This document shows, one piece after another, positions 20,765-29,014 of a stretch of 64,000 bases of DNA (position 1 is its first letter; each line of letters starts with the position of its first letter). Under the pieces are notes generated by a model. That model saw nothing but the letters and a program-made list of their open reading frames with translations, was not told where the DNA came from and made no database searches. Made by a program: the position numbers and the translations under genes. Location: contig CAZFOQ010000002.1 in NCBI GenBank assembly GCA_964520535.1, positions 32,990 to 96,989 on the forward strand, read 5' to 3'. Origin of the DNA: an uncultured Pirellulales bacterium. GTDB lineage: Bacteria; Planctomycetota; Phycisphaerae; Sedimentisphaerales; Anaerobacaceae.

Positions 20765-21550
20765 TTATCTGACGATACCATTAGCTGTCCGAAGCATATC
20801 ATCGCCCGCCCTGATTGCACGCGAGTTGATTTCGTATGCTCGCTGGGCGGTTATAAGATTGACCAGCTCGGTCACCATTTGCACATTGGATTTCTCCAGA
20901 AACCCCGACTGGATAGTCCCGAAACCATTCTCACCCGGCGTTCCGGTTGTTGGTGTCCCGCTGGCTTCGGTCTCCGCGTATAGATTATCTCCTTCACTCG
21001 AAAGACCCGCCGGATTCGGAAATCGTGCCAATTGAATGTTGCCCGCAACTGACTGTGTCCCTGAGGAATCCGTAACATTGACGCCGCCATCTTTTTCAAT
21101 ACTTATAGAAGACGCGTCTATGGGTACACTAATGGTAGGTTCTATGGCGTAACCGTTAGTTGTAACCAGTTGACCGTTGGCGTTGATTTGTAATGCTCCG
21201 TCTCGCGTGTACTTGATATCACCATTCGGCATAACAACCTGGAGAAAACCCAAGCCTCCAATCGCAACATCGAAAGGATTACTTGTATTCTGAAGCTCAC
21301 CGGGACTAAAGACTTTAACATTAGACGCGGCGCGGACTCCACTGCCTATTTCCAGACCACTGGGCGAATTTATGCCGGAGGCTATTTCAGCGCCTTCTTC
21401 TTGCATCTCGACATAAACCAAATCCTGAAAGTTAATTTGACTTCGCTTGAAGCCTGTTGTGTTAATGTTGGCAAGGTTGTTAGCGATTATATCCACCATC
21501 ATCTGCTGGGCCGTCATACCTGTCGCTGCAGTGGAAAATGCTCTTAACAT
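20765..21550 (-). CDS. flgG: flagellar distal rod protein FlgG
   Basis: 261 aa. N-terminus MLRAFSTAATGMTAQQMMVDIIANNLANINTTGFKR. C-terminus ...AQRAYEINSRAIRAGDDMLRTANGIVR. Confidence 0.85.
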   Translation of the reverse strand: MLRAFSTAATGMTAQQMMVDIIANNLANINTTGFKRSQINFQDLVYVEMQEEGAEIASGINSPSGLEIGSGVRAASNVKVFSPGELQNTSNPFDVAIGGLGFLQVVMPNGDIKYTRDGALQINANGQLVTTNGYAIEPTISVPIDASSISIEKDGGVNVTDSSGTQSVAGNIQLARFPNPAGLSSEGDNLYAETEASGTPTTGTPGENGFGTIQSGFLEKSNVQMVTELVNLITAQRAYEINSRAIRAGDDMLRTANGIVR

Positions 21551-21612
21551 AATGTTATTCTCCTTTTATCTTAGTTCACAGTTGAACTGGAATAATCATT
21601 CAAATCAGTGTC

Positions 21613-22365
21613 TTATCCCATGGCGACACTCATAAGACTACTGGTAGTTTGACTCCCGGCACTAATGAAATCCATATTTGCTTCGTAAAGTCTGGAGACC
21701 ATGATCAAATCCACCAATTCATGTATAATTTCAACGTTAGAGGCCTCTTGGTAGCCTTGTTTTACGACAATATTTTCAGCCGCAACCGGTTCAATGTCCG
21801 GCTCTGTCATCTGGTAGCAATTCCCACCTGTTGGGGCAAGCTTGTTTTCATCATCACCGAAATCAACTAACCTGAACTGTCCAATAGCGGTCCCGCCGGC
21901 ACTTATACTTCCATCGCTGGATACACAAAGCTGCGAGAGTCCTACATTATTCGGAATCGTGATTGGTCCAGCCTGTCCCGCTACGACCCGGCCCTTAAAA
22001 TCCACGATTTGACCGTTCTGGTTTGTACTGAATACGCCGTTACGGGTGTAAAGAGCCCCTTCGGGAGTTTCTATAACGAAAAATCCTTTGCCACATAAGG
22101 CGAAATCCAACTTCCGAGACGTCTCAACTATGCTGCCCTGGGAGAAATCGAATGATGAATTCAAATCTACAGACCCGGGTGAATATGTCTGTGTCCCCGC
22201 CTCCTGAGCTTCGAGAACTTTTGAAAATGCATTACATCTACGCTTATATCCGACCGTACTTGCATTGGCCAGATTATGCGTAATGATTTCAAATTCCTTC
22301 GTTAATGCATCAAGACTTGTGCTAACCTGATCTGTAATCTCTGACATTTCAGACTCCTTAGACAA
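21613..22365 (-). CDS. flgF: flagellar proximal rod protein FlgF
   Basis: 250 aa. N-terminal rod motif ITHNLANASTVGYKR. C-terminal rod-family helix ...VSRLYEANMDFISAGSQTTSSLMSVAMG. Directly upstream of flgG. Confidence 0.75.
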   Translation of the reverse strand: MSKESEMSEITDQVSTSLDALTKEFEIITHNLANASTVGYKRRCNAFSKVLEAQEAGTQTYSPGSVDLNSSFDFSQGSIVETSRKLDFALCGKGFFVIETPEGALYTRNGVFSTNQNGQIVDFKGRVVAGQAGPITIPNNVGLSQLCVSSDGSISAGGTAIGQFRLVDFGDDENKLAPTGGNCYQMTEPDIEPVAAENIVVKQGYQEASNVEIIHELVDLIMVSRLYEANMDFISAGSQTTSSLMSVAMG

Positions 22366-23680
22366 CTACCGTCTCGGAAACAACTGCCCTTTTCTTCTTC
22401 TTGTTGTCTGCAGCAGCCGGGGCCAGTTGTGTTTCGAACCGGGCTTTGAGAGAAGCTGCATTAGTTGCTCGAACCAACTCGCTGAGATTTGTATCACTCA
22501 AGCCTATCAATTCAACCGCTATAGAAAAACCATTTTGAACAGCTTCGGTGTGCCTGACCACACCTATATTTTCCACAATTTTTGAAGGTCCCATTCTTCC
22601 ATTACCGTTGAAAACCGAATGTAAGGCGGTGGTATCGGCCTGTGAAATTAAATTATGAATCTTTCTTTCACTCAGCTTCAGTATCACTACCACTCTGTCG
22701 CCTATATTTACTTCCAAAGGAGCTACTACTCGCAGACCTGGACCTGCTAATTCAGTAACATCAGCCGGTACAAATTTCGGCGGCCCCCAGGTGTTACCGG
22801 ATGAACTGACTGAATCGACATCCGCTTTGAAGTTATCATTATCTGACAGTGTTTTCGCGAATGGAAATGCCGCAATATAGGCAGGTTCGTTTATGGGAAC
22901 ACGTAAAAACCGCCTGCGATTAACAAACCTCACATTATCGTTGTGATTTAAGATTAGAATATTACTATTGCAGCTAATTACAGATGTATCGAACTCCCAA
23001 ATTGAAGCTCCATAATAGTAACGAACGCACAATGATTCACCCTGCTTTATTTCAAGCGACTTCGACAATTCGACTATGAGCTCCATATCATCGTTCTCAA
23101 TAACAACGGACTCAACATTCGCAAAATCACCTGTTTCAAGACTTGTTATATAAAGTTTTCTGCTTATAGGGATTTGCCTGCTGCTCGGTCTATCAGTCGC
23201 TAACGTATCTATTGATGCAGAGCTTCGCTTACGAAAACCGAGCTTTTCACGTAGAACAGACAACTCAGCACTTAATTGTCTTCTTTTATCCCTTCCTTTG
23301 AGTGCAAGAGCAGCTCTGATTATTTTAGTAGCTCCACGGTCAAAAGCATCAGCCATCGTAAAAATCGACTCTGTTTGCCTGAGTTTTGCCTTGCTTGCAA
23401 TGTACATCAGAATATGACGTTCACGTGGGCTTAGACCCCTTTCGTCTGCATACTTAAAAAATAACCGACTGGCGGCTTCTCTTTCTTTCCTTGAGTGATA
23501 ATAGGTCATTACAATGAATAAAACAGTTAAAATAATCAATGCGGCTACACATGTTGTTATAAACCAATCCTCGCCCATGAAGCTGATGTTTAGCCCGCGG
23601 GCAGCCTGCCAACGCTGAACCGGGCTCAATGACAGGACAATAGAACATTGTCCTGTATTCATTAAAGATGTTGTTGCCAT
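22358..23680 (-). CDS. membrane-anchored protein with a putative YcgR-like PilZ (c-di-GMP binding) C-terminal region, embedded between flgE and flgF
   Basis: 440 aa. One N-terminal TM helix (FITTCVAALIILTVLFIVMTYY). Contains RRRFLRV (the PilZ RxxxR motif) followed about 70 aa later by DVTELAG (a DxSxxG-like motif). 8-bp overlap with flgF. Confidence 0.4.
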   Translation of the reverse strand: MATTSLMNTGQCSIVLSLSPVQRWQAARGLNISFMGEDWFITTCVAALIILTVLFIVMTYYHSRKEREAASRLFFKYADERGLSPRERHILMYIASKAKLRQTESIFTMADAFDRGATKIIRAALALKGRDKRRQLSAELSVLREKLGFRKRSSASIDTLATDRPSSRQIPISRKLYITSLETGDFANVESVVIENDDMELIVELSKSLEIKQGESLCVRYYYGASIWEFDTSVISCNSNILILNHNDNVRFVNRRRFLRVPINEPAYIAAFPFAKTLSDNDNFKADVDSVSSSGNTWGPPKFVPADVTELAGPGLRVVAPLEVNIGDRVVVILKLSERKIHNLISQADTTALHSVFNGNGRMGPSKIVENIGVVRHTEAVQNGFSIAVELIGLSDTNLSELVRATNAASLKARFETQLAPAAADNKKKKRAVVSETVVV

Positions 23681-23698
23681 ATTAGAATTCCAAAGTTA

Positions 23699-25360
23699 TT
23701 ATCTGATCAGGCTGGTCAATTCCCGGAGGATATCATTTGCGACTCTGATACTTCTTGCATTGGCTTGGAAGCCGTTTTGTGCTTGAATCATATTTACGAA
23801 CTCGGTTGCAACATCGGCATTGGATTTTTCCAATGACCCGCCGTGTATAGAGCCCGCCCCGCCGGTCATAGCTTGTGTGGCTATTGCTTCTCCTGAGTTA
23901 GCCGAGGGAATGAAGTACCCGTTACCAATATTTTCCAGACCTGTAGTATTCTGGAACAAAGATATCTGTAAGGTAGCAATGTTTTTCTTGATGCCGTTAG
24001 AGAACGCGCCAATGACTATACCTTCGTTATTAGCCGAGACCGTTGAAAGCCTCCCCGCTTCATAACCATCCTGCTCCCTTGCTACTGCTGTAGAATTACC
24101 GGCGAACTGCGTCAATCCATCCAGCCTCCCGGGCGTACCCAGGTTTATATCGATAGTCTGTGGACTGGAAATATCATGGGCAAAGGTAATTACGAATTCA
24201 GCGGAGTCCGGACCACTTAAACCGGCATAAGAACTATCACTGGCGTCAAAGGTAATATCTTCAATACGCCGGTTAGCCATCGTTATCTCACTTATATCTC
24301 CGGTTATCGAGGTCAGGACCATATCCCATGTATTGGGTGTATCCGATCGGACAAACGCACCAGAGAGAACGTGTTTACCTCCCTGAGAGTCATAAGCTGT
24401 GATATTGACACTTTTAACTTCTTCTCCACCAACGGTCGAAATCTCAAAATAAGCCGGCATTGTCAGTGAATTATTTTCATACGAAAGAGCCATATCCGTT
24501 TTGCTGTAACCGCTGGTATCATCAGTTATTCGAATTTGTCCATTAACTAAAGAGGCGGATGAACCATTAAGCACAGTGGTATTGAGATAGCTAATAAAGT
24601 CGCCAAGTGTTGTAGTTCCACCAACAACAGCAAAGGTCAATGGGCCAAAGGGTGTACTATCTTTGTCAAACCCCGTGACAGTGATGTTACCATCAGTCAA
24701 TGATCCATTGCATTGATCTAGATCACTGAATAATGTGGATTCGCTTGCGGTAATCCCGTTATTATAGGTATAAGCTACATTCGAACTAATCACTTGTGCT
24801 CTTGTTACAGAAAATGCTGCATCGGCACTGAGGTTACCGGAAACAACGATTTCTGATGTTTCTTTGGCTGGCATAGCAACATCATAAGGAACATGTATAT
24901 CGCTAACACCCGGAGTCTGAAAGCCGTCAATTTCACCTTCCGAGCCAATACGCTGGACATGAAAACCTGTTGAAGGATCGACCAGGTTCGAGTCCGCATC
25001 AACAGCAAACGAACCGGAACGTGAGTAAATATTCTGCTGGCCATCACTCAAAACGAAATAACCTTCTCCTTCTACCGCCATGTCCAGGGGATTGCCGGTA
25101 TTGATGATATTACCCTGTGTCATGTTGGGAGATATACCCGAGACGCCAACACCGCTGCCCATTTGCTGGGGATTTGTGCCACCGACACCCGAGGTTGGCT
25201 GTGATGCCTTTTTAATCGTTTCGCTCAGAAGCTCTGAAAATGTTATTCTACTGGCCTTAAAAGCAGTAGTATTGACGTTGGCAAGGTTGTTACCGGCTAT
25301 ATCAAGCATTTTTTGGTGGGCCTGCAATCCGGTAACTCCGGCTGATAATGCAAAACTCAT
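23699..25360 (-). CDS. flgE: flagellar hook protein FlgE
   Basis: 553 aa. N-terminus MSFALSAGVTGLQAHQKMLDIAGNNLANVNTTAFK. C-terminus ...SLEKSNADVATEFVNMIQAQNGFQANARSIRVANDILRELTSLIR. Confidence 0.85.
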   Translation of the reverse strand: MSFALSAGVTGLQAHQKMLDIAGNNLANVNTTAFKASRITFSELLSETIKKASQPTSGVGGTNPQQMGSGVGVSGISPNMTQGNIINTGNPLDMAVEGEGYFVLSDGQQNIYSRSGSFAVDADSNLVDPSTGFHVQRIGSEGEIDGFQTPGVSDIHVPYDVAMPAKETSEIVVSGNLSADAAFSVTRAQVISSNVAYTYNNGITASESTLFSDLDQCNGSLTDGNITVTGFDKDSTPFGPLTFAVVGGTTTLGDFISYLNTTVLNGSSASLVNGQIRITDDTSGYSKTDMALSYENNSLTMPAYFEISTVGGEEVKSVNITAYDSQGGKHVLSGAFVRSDTPNTWDMVLTSITGDISEITMANRRIEDITFDASDSSYAGLSGPDSAEFVITFAHDISSPQTIDINLGTPGRLDGLTQFAGNSTAVAREQDGYEAGRLSTVSANNEGIVIGAFSNGIKKNIATLQISLFQNTTGLENIGNGYFIPSANSGEAIATQAMTGGAGSIHGGSLEKSNADVATEFVNMIQAQNGFQANARSIRVANDILRELTSLIR

Positions 25361-25398
25361 TTTTGTTTCTCCTTATATAGAAACTCTTGTTTTTGAAT

Positions 25399-25782
25399 TT
25401 AGTTTTGGACTGATATGACTTCTTTTAAAGCGAGAGCATGGTCTTCTACGACTAAAACGATTTCGCCATCATAATCATTTATGACCTGCTCAACTATTCC
25501 ACTTGTAATGTCTGATGTACCTGTCTCTGTTTCTGCCAAGAATGATACCTCTTTACCTATCAATGAATTGGCATATGTTCGCTCAGCAGCGACAAGAGCC
25601 TGCGCAAAGCTCGAATTCATCGTTTCGAGTTGTGAAAGTTGTGAGAACTGAGCCAACTGGGATGCCATTTCGTTGTTGTCTAATGGTTCCAGCGGATTCT
25701 GGTTTTGTAGTTGCGTAACCAGAAGTTTCATATAATCCATCTGGATATTACTTGCGACGCTTGTTACCGATGATGCTTCCAT
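25399..25782 (-). CDS. flgD: flagellar hook-capping/assembly protein FlgD
   Basis: 127 aa. MDYMKLLVTQLQNQNPLEPLDNNEMASQLAQFSQLSQLE is the FlgD N-terminal signature. Sits immediately upstream of flgE. Confidence 0.7.
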   Translation of the reverse strand: MEASSVTSVASNIQMDYMKLLVTQLQNQNPLEPLDNNEMASQLAQFSQLSQLETMNSSFAQALVAAERTYANSLIGKEVSFLAETETGTSDITSGIVEQVINDYDGEIVLVVEDHALALKEVISVQN

Positions 25783-25842
25783 AATCTCTCAACCTTTTTT
25801 ATCAAAAAAACAGTTTATTCAATGAATATATTAAAAAAGGTT

Positions 25843-25858
25843 AGCAATTGCCGTGCCA
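25843..25858 (-). promoter_or_regulatory. sigma54 (RpoN) -24/-12 promoter for the flgD-flgL operon
   Basis: The minus strand reads TGGCACGGCAATTGCT, an exact match to the TGGCAC-N5-TTGCW consensus. The -12 element is about 60 nt upstream of the flgD ATG. Confidence 0.55.
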
Positions 25859-26157
25859 TATTGGTGTTATCCGCAAATTACTTATACACAACTTATTGTT
25901 ATTAATAATGTTATGGCAACTTCAAAAATACATAAACGAGGAAATAACACTTTTTAGACGACTTATATGTGCGGATAGATTTTCCTTCTCCTCAGAAAAT
26001 TCTGCCGGTTTTTATTTAAGAATCTTAAAGACATTTTCCATTTAATCTCTTGAAATCAGGGATGCGTTTTAGGTTATTGAAATCTAAAAACAACTTCTGG
26101 CTGAAAACGAAAGCAATAAAGTTGACTTGCTCTGAGAGCTTTATTAGACTACGTTTT

Positions 26158-27672
26158 ATGAAGCAAAAATTTGAAAACAATCCCTCTAATGCCAAATGTG
26201 ACGGTTATTGTGGTCTTACTATCAGAGACCATACTAACGATCGCATTGGGGAAAACTGTGGTCTTTTTGGCATTTTTGGCGACTCAGATGCAGTCAGGAA
26301 AACCTATTTCGGCTTACACAGCCTTCAGCATCGCGGCCAAGAGTCAGCCGGTATCGCCTCCAGCAACGGTGAATCACTCCAATGCTACACAGATATGGGT
26401 ACGGTGAGCAGAGTTTTTCGTATCGGAAGAGGTGTTTTTGAAAATTTATCTAATCCGATTGCGATCGGCCACGTCCGATATTCAACAACCGGTACAAGCA
26501 AAGTAATAAACAGTCAACCGCTTTTGGCAGAATTCTCCCGTGGACAGGTGGCGGTAGCACATAACGGCAATCTTATCAACGCACCATTGCTGCGAGACGA
26601 ATATGAGGCTTACGGTAGTATCTTTAAGTCCACAAGTGACACCGAAATAATTATACATTTGCTCGCCAAACCGACTCATGTCAGCAAACCCGACCCACTT
26701 GCACATGTATTAAACCATCTTCAGGGAGCATATAGCTTGCTTTTTCTGTTTGCCGACCGGATCGAAGCCGCTCGTGATCCTTATGGGATTAGGCCTTTGT
26801 GTATTGGCAAAATCCCTGATGGCGCCTATGTGGTCGCTAGTGAGACTTGCGCTTTCGATACAATAAATGCAGAGTTTATTCGAGAGGTCGAACCAGGCGA
26901 AATCGTTAAACTGGATAAAGACGGCCTGCACAGCAGATTTTTTGCTGCACAGGAAGCTATCAAGCCTACTCATTGTATCTTCGAGCATGTCTACTTTGCC
27001 AAACAGAACAGTACAATCTTTGGTGAAAATGTACACCAGTTCAGAAAAAAACTCGGCAGGCAAGTGGCCATTGAGCATCCCGCTGAGGCCGACGTTGTAA
27101 TCCCCGTCCCGGATTCAGGAACATCGGCTGCAATAGGTTATGCAGAGCAAAGTAACATACCTTTCGATATGGGACTGGTCAGAAGCCACTACATCGGCAG
27201 AACATTTATCTCACCGGAGCAGAGACAAAGGGAGCTGGAGGTCAAACTCAAGCTGGCGATTGTCAAGGAAGTTGTCAGCGGCAAACGCATCGTGATTGTC
27301 GATGATTCTATAGTTCGCGGCACCACTACCAGGGGCAAAATCAGGGCATTACGCCAGGCTGGGGCAAAGGAAATTCACATGCGGGTGAGCTGTCCGCCAA
27401 TCAGATTCCCCTGCTTTTACGGCGTCGATTTTCCCACAAAAGAAGAACTGCTGGCAAACAACCGCGATATCAAACAAATCAAGGAATTCCTCGAAGTTGA
27501 CAGCATCGGTTATATTTCGCTGGAAGGAATGCTCAGTTGTGCGGCTCTGCCTGCGGACCACTACTGCACCGCATGCTGGAACGGAAAATATAAAATTCCC
27601 GTAGATGTTACAGTCAACAAATTCTCTCTGGAACGTTACCAGTTGCATATGTTCGACAAACTCGATACTTAG
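26158..27672 (+). CDS. purF: amidophosphoribosyltransferase PurF (class II glutamine amidotransferase + PRTase), with an N-terminal propeptide-like extension
   Basis: Contains CGLFGIFG (Cys nucleophile), LQHRGQESAGIA, the PRTase motifs VIPVPDSG and VIVDDSIVRGTT, and C-terminal Cys residues (HYCTACWNG). The track ORF starts at 26050, but the first plausible ATG is 26158 (MKQKFEN...), still 34 aa before the Cys. Confidence 0.85.
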   Translation: MKQKFENNPSNAKCDGYCGLTIRDHTNDRIGENCGLFGIFGDSDAVRKTYFGLHSLQHRGQESAGIASSNGESLQCYTDMGTVSRVFRIGRGVFENLSNPIAIGHVRYSTTGTSKVINSQPLLAEFSRGQVAVAHNGNLINAPLLRDEYEAYGSIFKSTSDTEIIIHLLAKPTHVSKPDPLAHVLNHLQGAYSLLFLFADRIEAARDPYGIRPLCIGKIPDGAYVVASETCAFDTINAEFIREVEPGEIVKLDKDGLHSRFFAAQEAIKPTHCIFEHVYFAKQNSTIFGENVHQFRKKLGRQVAIEHPAEADVVIPVPDSGTSAAIGYAEQSNIPFDMGLVRSHYIGRTFISPEQRQRELEVKLKLAIVKEVVSGKRIVIVDDSIVRGTTTRGKIRALRQAGAKEIHMRVSCPPIRFPCFYGVDFPTKEELLANNRDIKQIKEFLEVDSIGYISLEGMLSCAALPADHYCTACWNGKYKIPVDVTVNKFSLERYQLHMFDKLDT

Positions 27673-27754
27673 TACTTTTCAGACATTAAAAACATCGTAA
27701 AACAGAAAGCTTAATATAAAAATACGTGAAGAACACCTTTCAGGCTTTGAATAG

Positions 27755-28822
27755 ATGAGCAAGTACCTCAGCTATGACCAATCGGGTGTGAGCATCGATG
27801 CCAACGACCAGATGGTTCAGCAAATCTGGTCCGCTGTAGCGGGGACTTTCGGACCTCGTGTGATAGAATCGAAAGGTGGCTTCGCGGGAATGTTTCGGTT
27901 GGACTATGATGAAAAACTCTTCAAAAGAAATTACAAGAATCCCGTCCTCGTGGCCTGCACAGATGGCGTCGGCAGTAAAGTCCAGTTAGCCACCAAAATA
28001 AAAAAGTACGATACAGTCGGTATCGATTTGGTGGCGATGAGCGTCAACGATATGCTTGTTGCCGGTGCTGAGCCGTTGTTTTTTCTCGATTACATCGCTG
28101 TCCATAAGCTGGAGCCTCAAACAATAGCCGAGCTTGTCAAAGGTGTCGCTGCCGGCTGCCGACAAGCCGACTGTGCATTGATCGGCGGAGAAACTGCCGA
28201 GATGCCGGATACCTATGCCAAGGACGACTTTGATATGGCCGGTTTCGCCGTCGGCGTTCTTGAGCGGGATAAAATCATCGCCGGTGAAACCGTCAGGAAT
28301 GGAGATGTGATCCTGGGTCTTGCCTCGAACGGCCTGCACAGCAACGGATATACGCTGGTTCGCAATATCTGCTTCAAGCAGGCCGGGCTTAAAATGACCG
28401 ATACTCCGGACCAGCTCGACGGCACCACTCTGGGTAATATGCTGCTGGAGCCGACACGAATTTATGTCAGGCCTGTGATAAAATTGCTCTCACAGTACAA
28501 AGTAAAACGTATTGTCCACGCAATGGCTCACATCACCGGCGGCGGTCTTGTCGGGAATATCCCACGAGTGCTGCCGAAAAACTGTGACGCTGTAATAAAA
28601 AAATCGAGCTGGCCCAGGCACAAGATATTTACATTTTTACAAAAAACCGGCCCAGTCACCGAAGAGGAAATGTACAGAGTCTTCAATATGGGGATAGGAT
28701 TTGTTATGATAGTTGCTGAGGACTTTGCAAATTCCATTGTGAAGAAGTTAAAAAGATACGGCGAACAGGTTTATAGAATAGGAAGAATCACAACAGGTAA
28801 CGGCAAAGTCGTGCTCAAATAA
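27755..28822 (+). CDS. purM: phosphoribosylformylglycinamidine cyclo-ligase (AIR synthetase) PurM
   Basis: 355 aa. PurM-family motifs: VACTDGVGSK, DLVAMSVNDMLVAGAEPLFFLDYIA, ITGGGL. Confidence 0.85.
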   Translation: MSKYLSYDQSGVSIDANDQMVQQIWSAVAGTFGPRVIESKGGFAGMFRLDYDEKLFKRNYKNPVLVACTDGVGSKVQLATKIKKYDTVGIDLVAMSVNDMLVAGAEPLFFLDYIAVHKLEPQTIAELVKGVAAGCRQADCALIGGETAEMPDTYAKDDFDMAGFAVGVLERDKIIAGETVRNGDVILGLASNGLHSNGYTLVRNICFKQAGLKMTDTPDQLDGTTLGNMLLEPTRIYVRPVIKLLSQYKVKRIVHAMAHITGGGLVGNIPRVLPKNCDAVIKKSSWPRHKIFTFLQKTGPVTEEEMYRVFNMGIGFVMIVAEDFANSIVKKLKRYGEQVYRIGRITTGNGKVVLK

Positions 28823-28906
28823 CTTATGCCCTGATGTTCGAATCAAGGAGGACGGCACTTATTTCAAGGATTGATAACAAACCTTAAAAAGATTTTCCAT
28901 TCGGAT

Positions 28907-28936
28907 TTGAATTCGCCAATGCAAATATGATACAAT
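28907..28936 (+). promoter_or_regulatory. candidate sigma70 promoter (TTGAAT-18-TACAAT) for the purF-like paralogue
   Basis: TTGAAT at 28907-28912, an 18-nt spacer, and TACAAT at 28931-28936, about 78 nt upstream of the ATG at 29015. RBS AGGAGG lies 7 nt before the ATG. Confidence 0.35.
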
Positions 28937-29014
28937 GTCGATATCCAGGAACTTGGCGGTGTCGCTGAGCATTTTAACAAGGAAGTCACAGGCAAAACAA
29001 ACAGGAGGTAAATC

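Noticed and set aside
26050-26157. 5' extension of the purF ORF (MKSGMRFRLL...)
   Set aside because: There is no start-codon support beyond being an open frame. The first ATG with sensible context is 26158; the extension runs into the promoter region.
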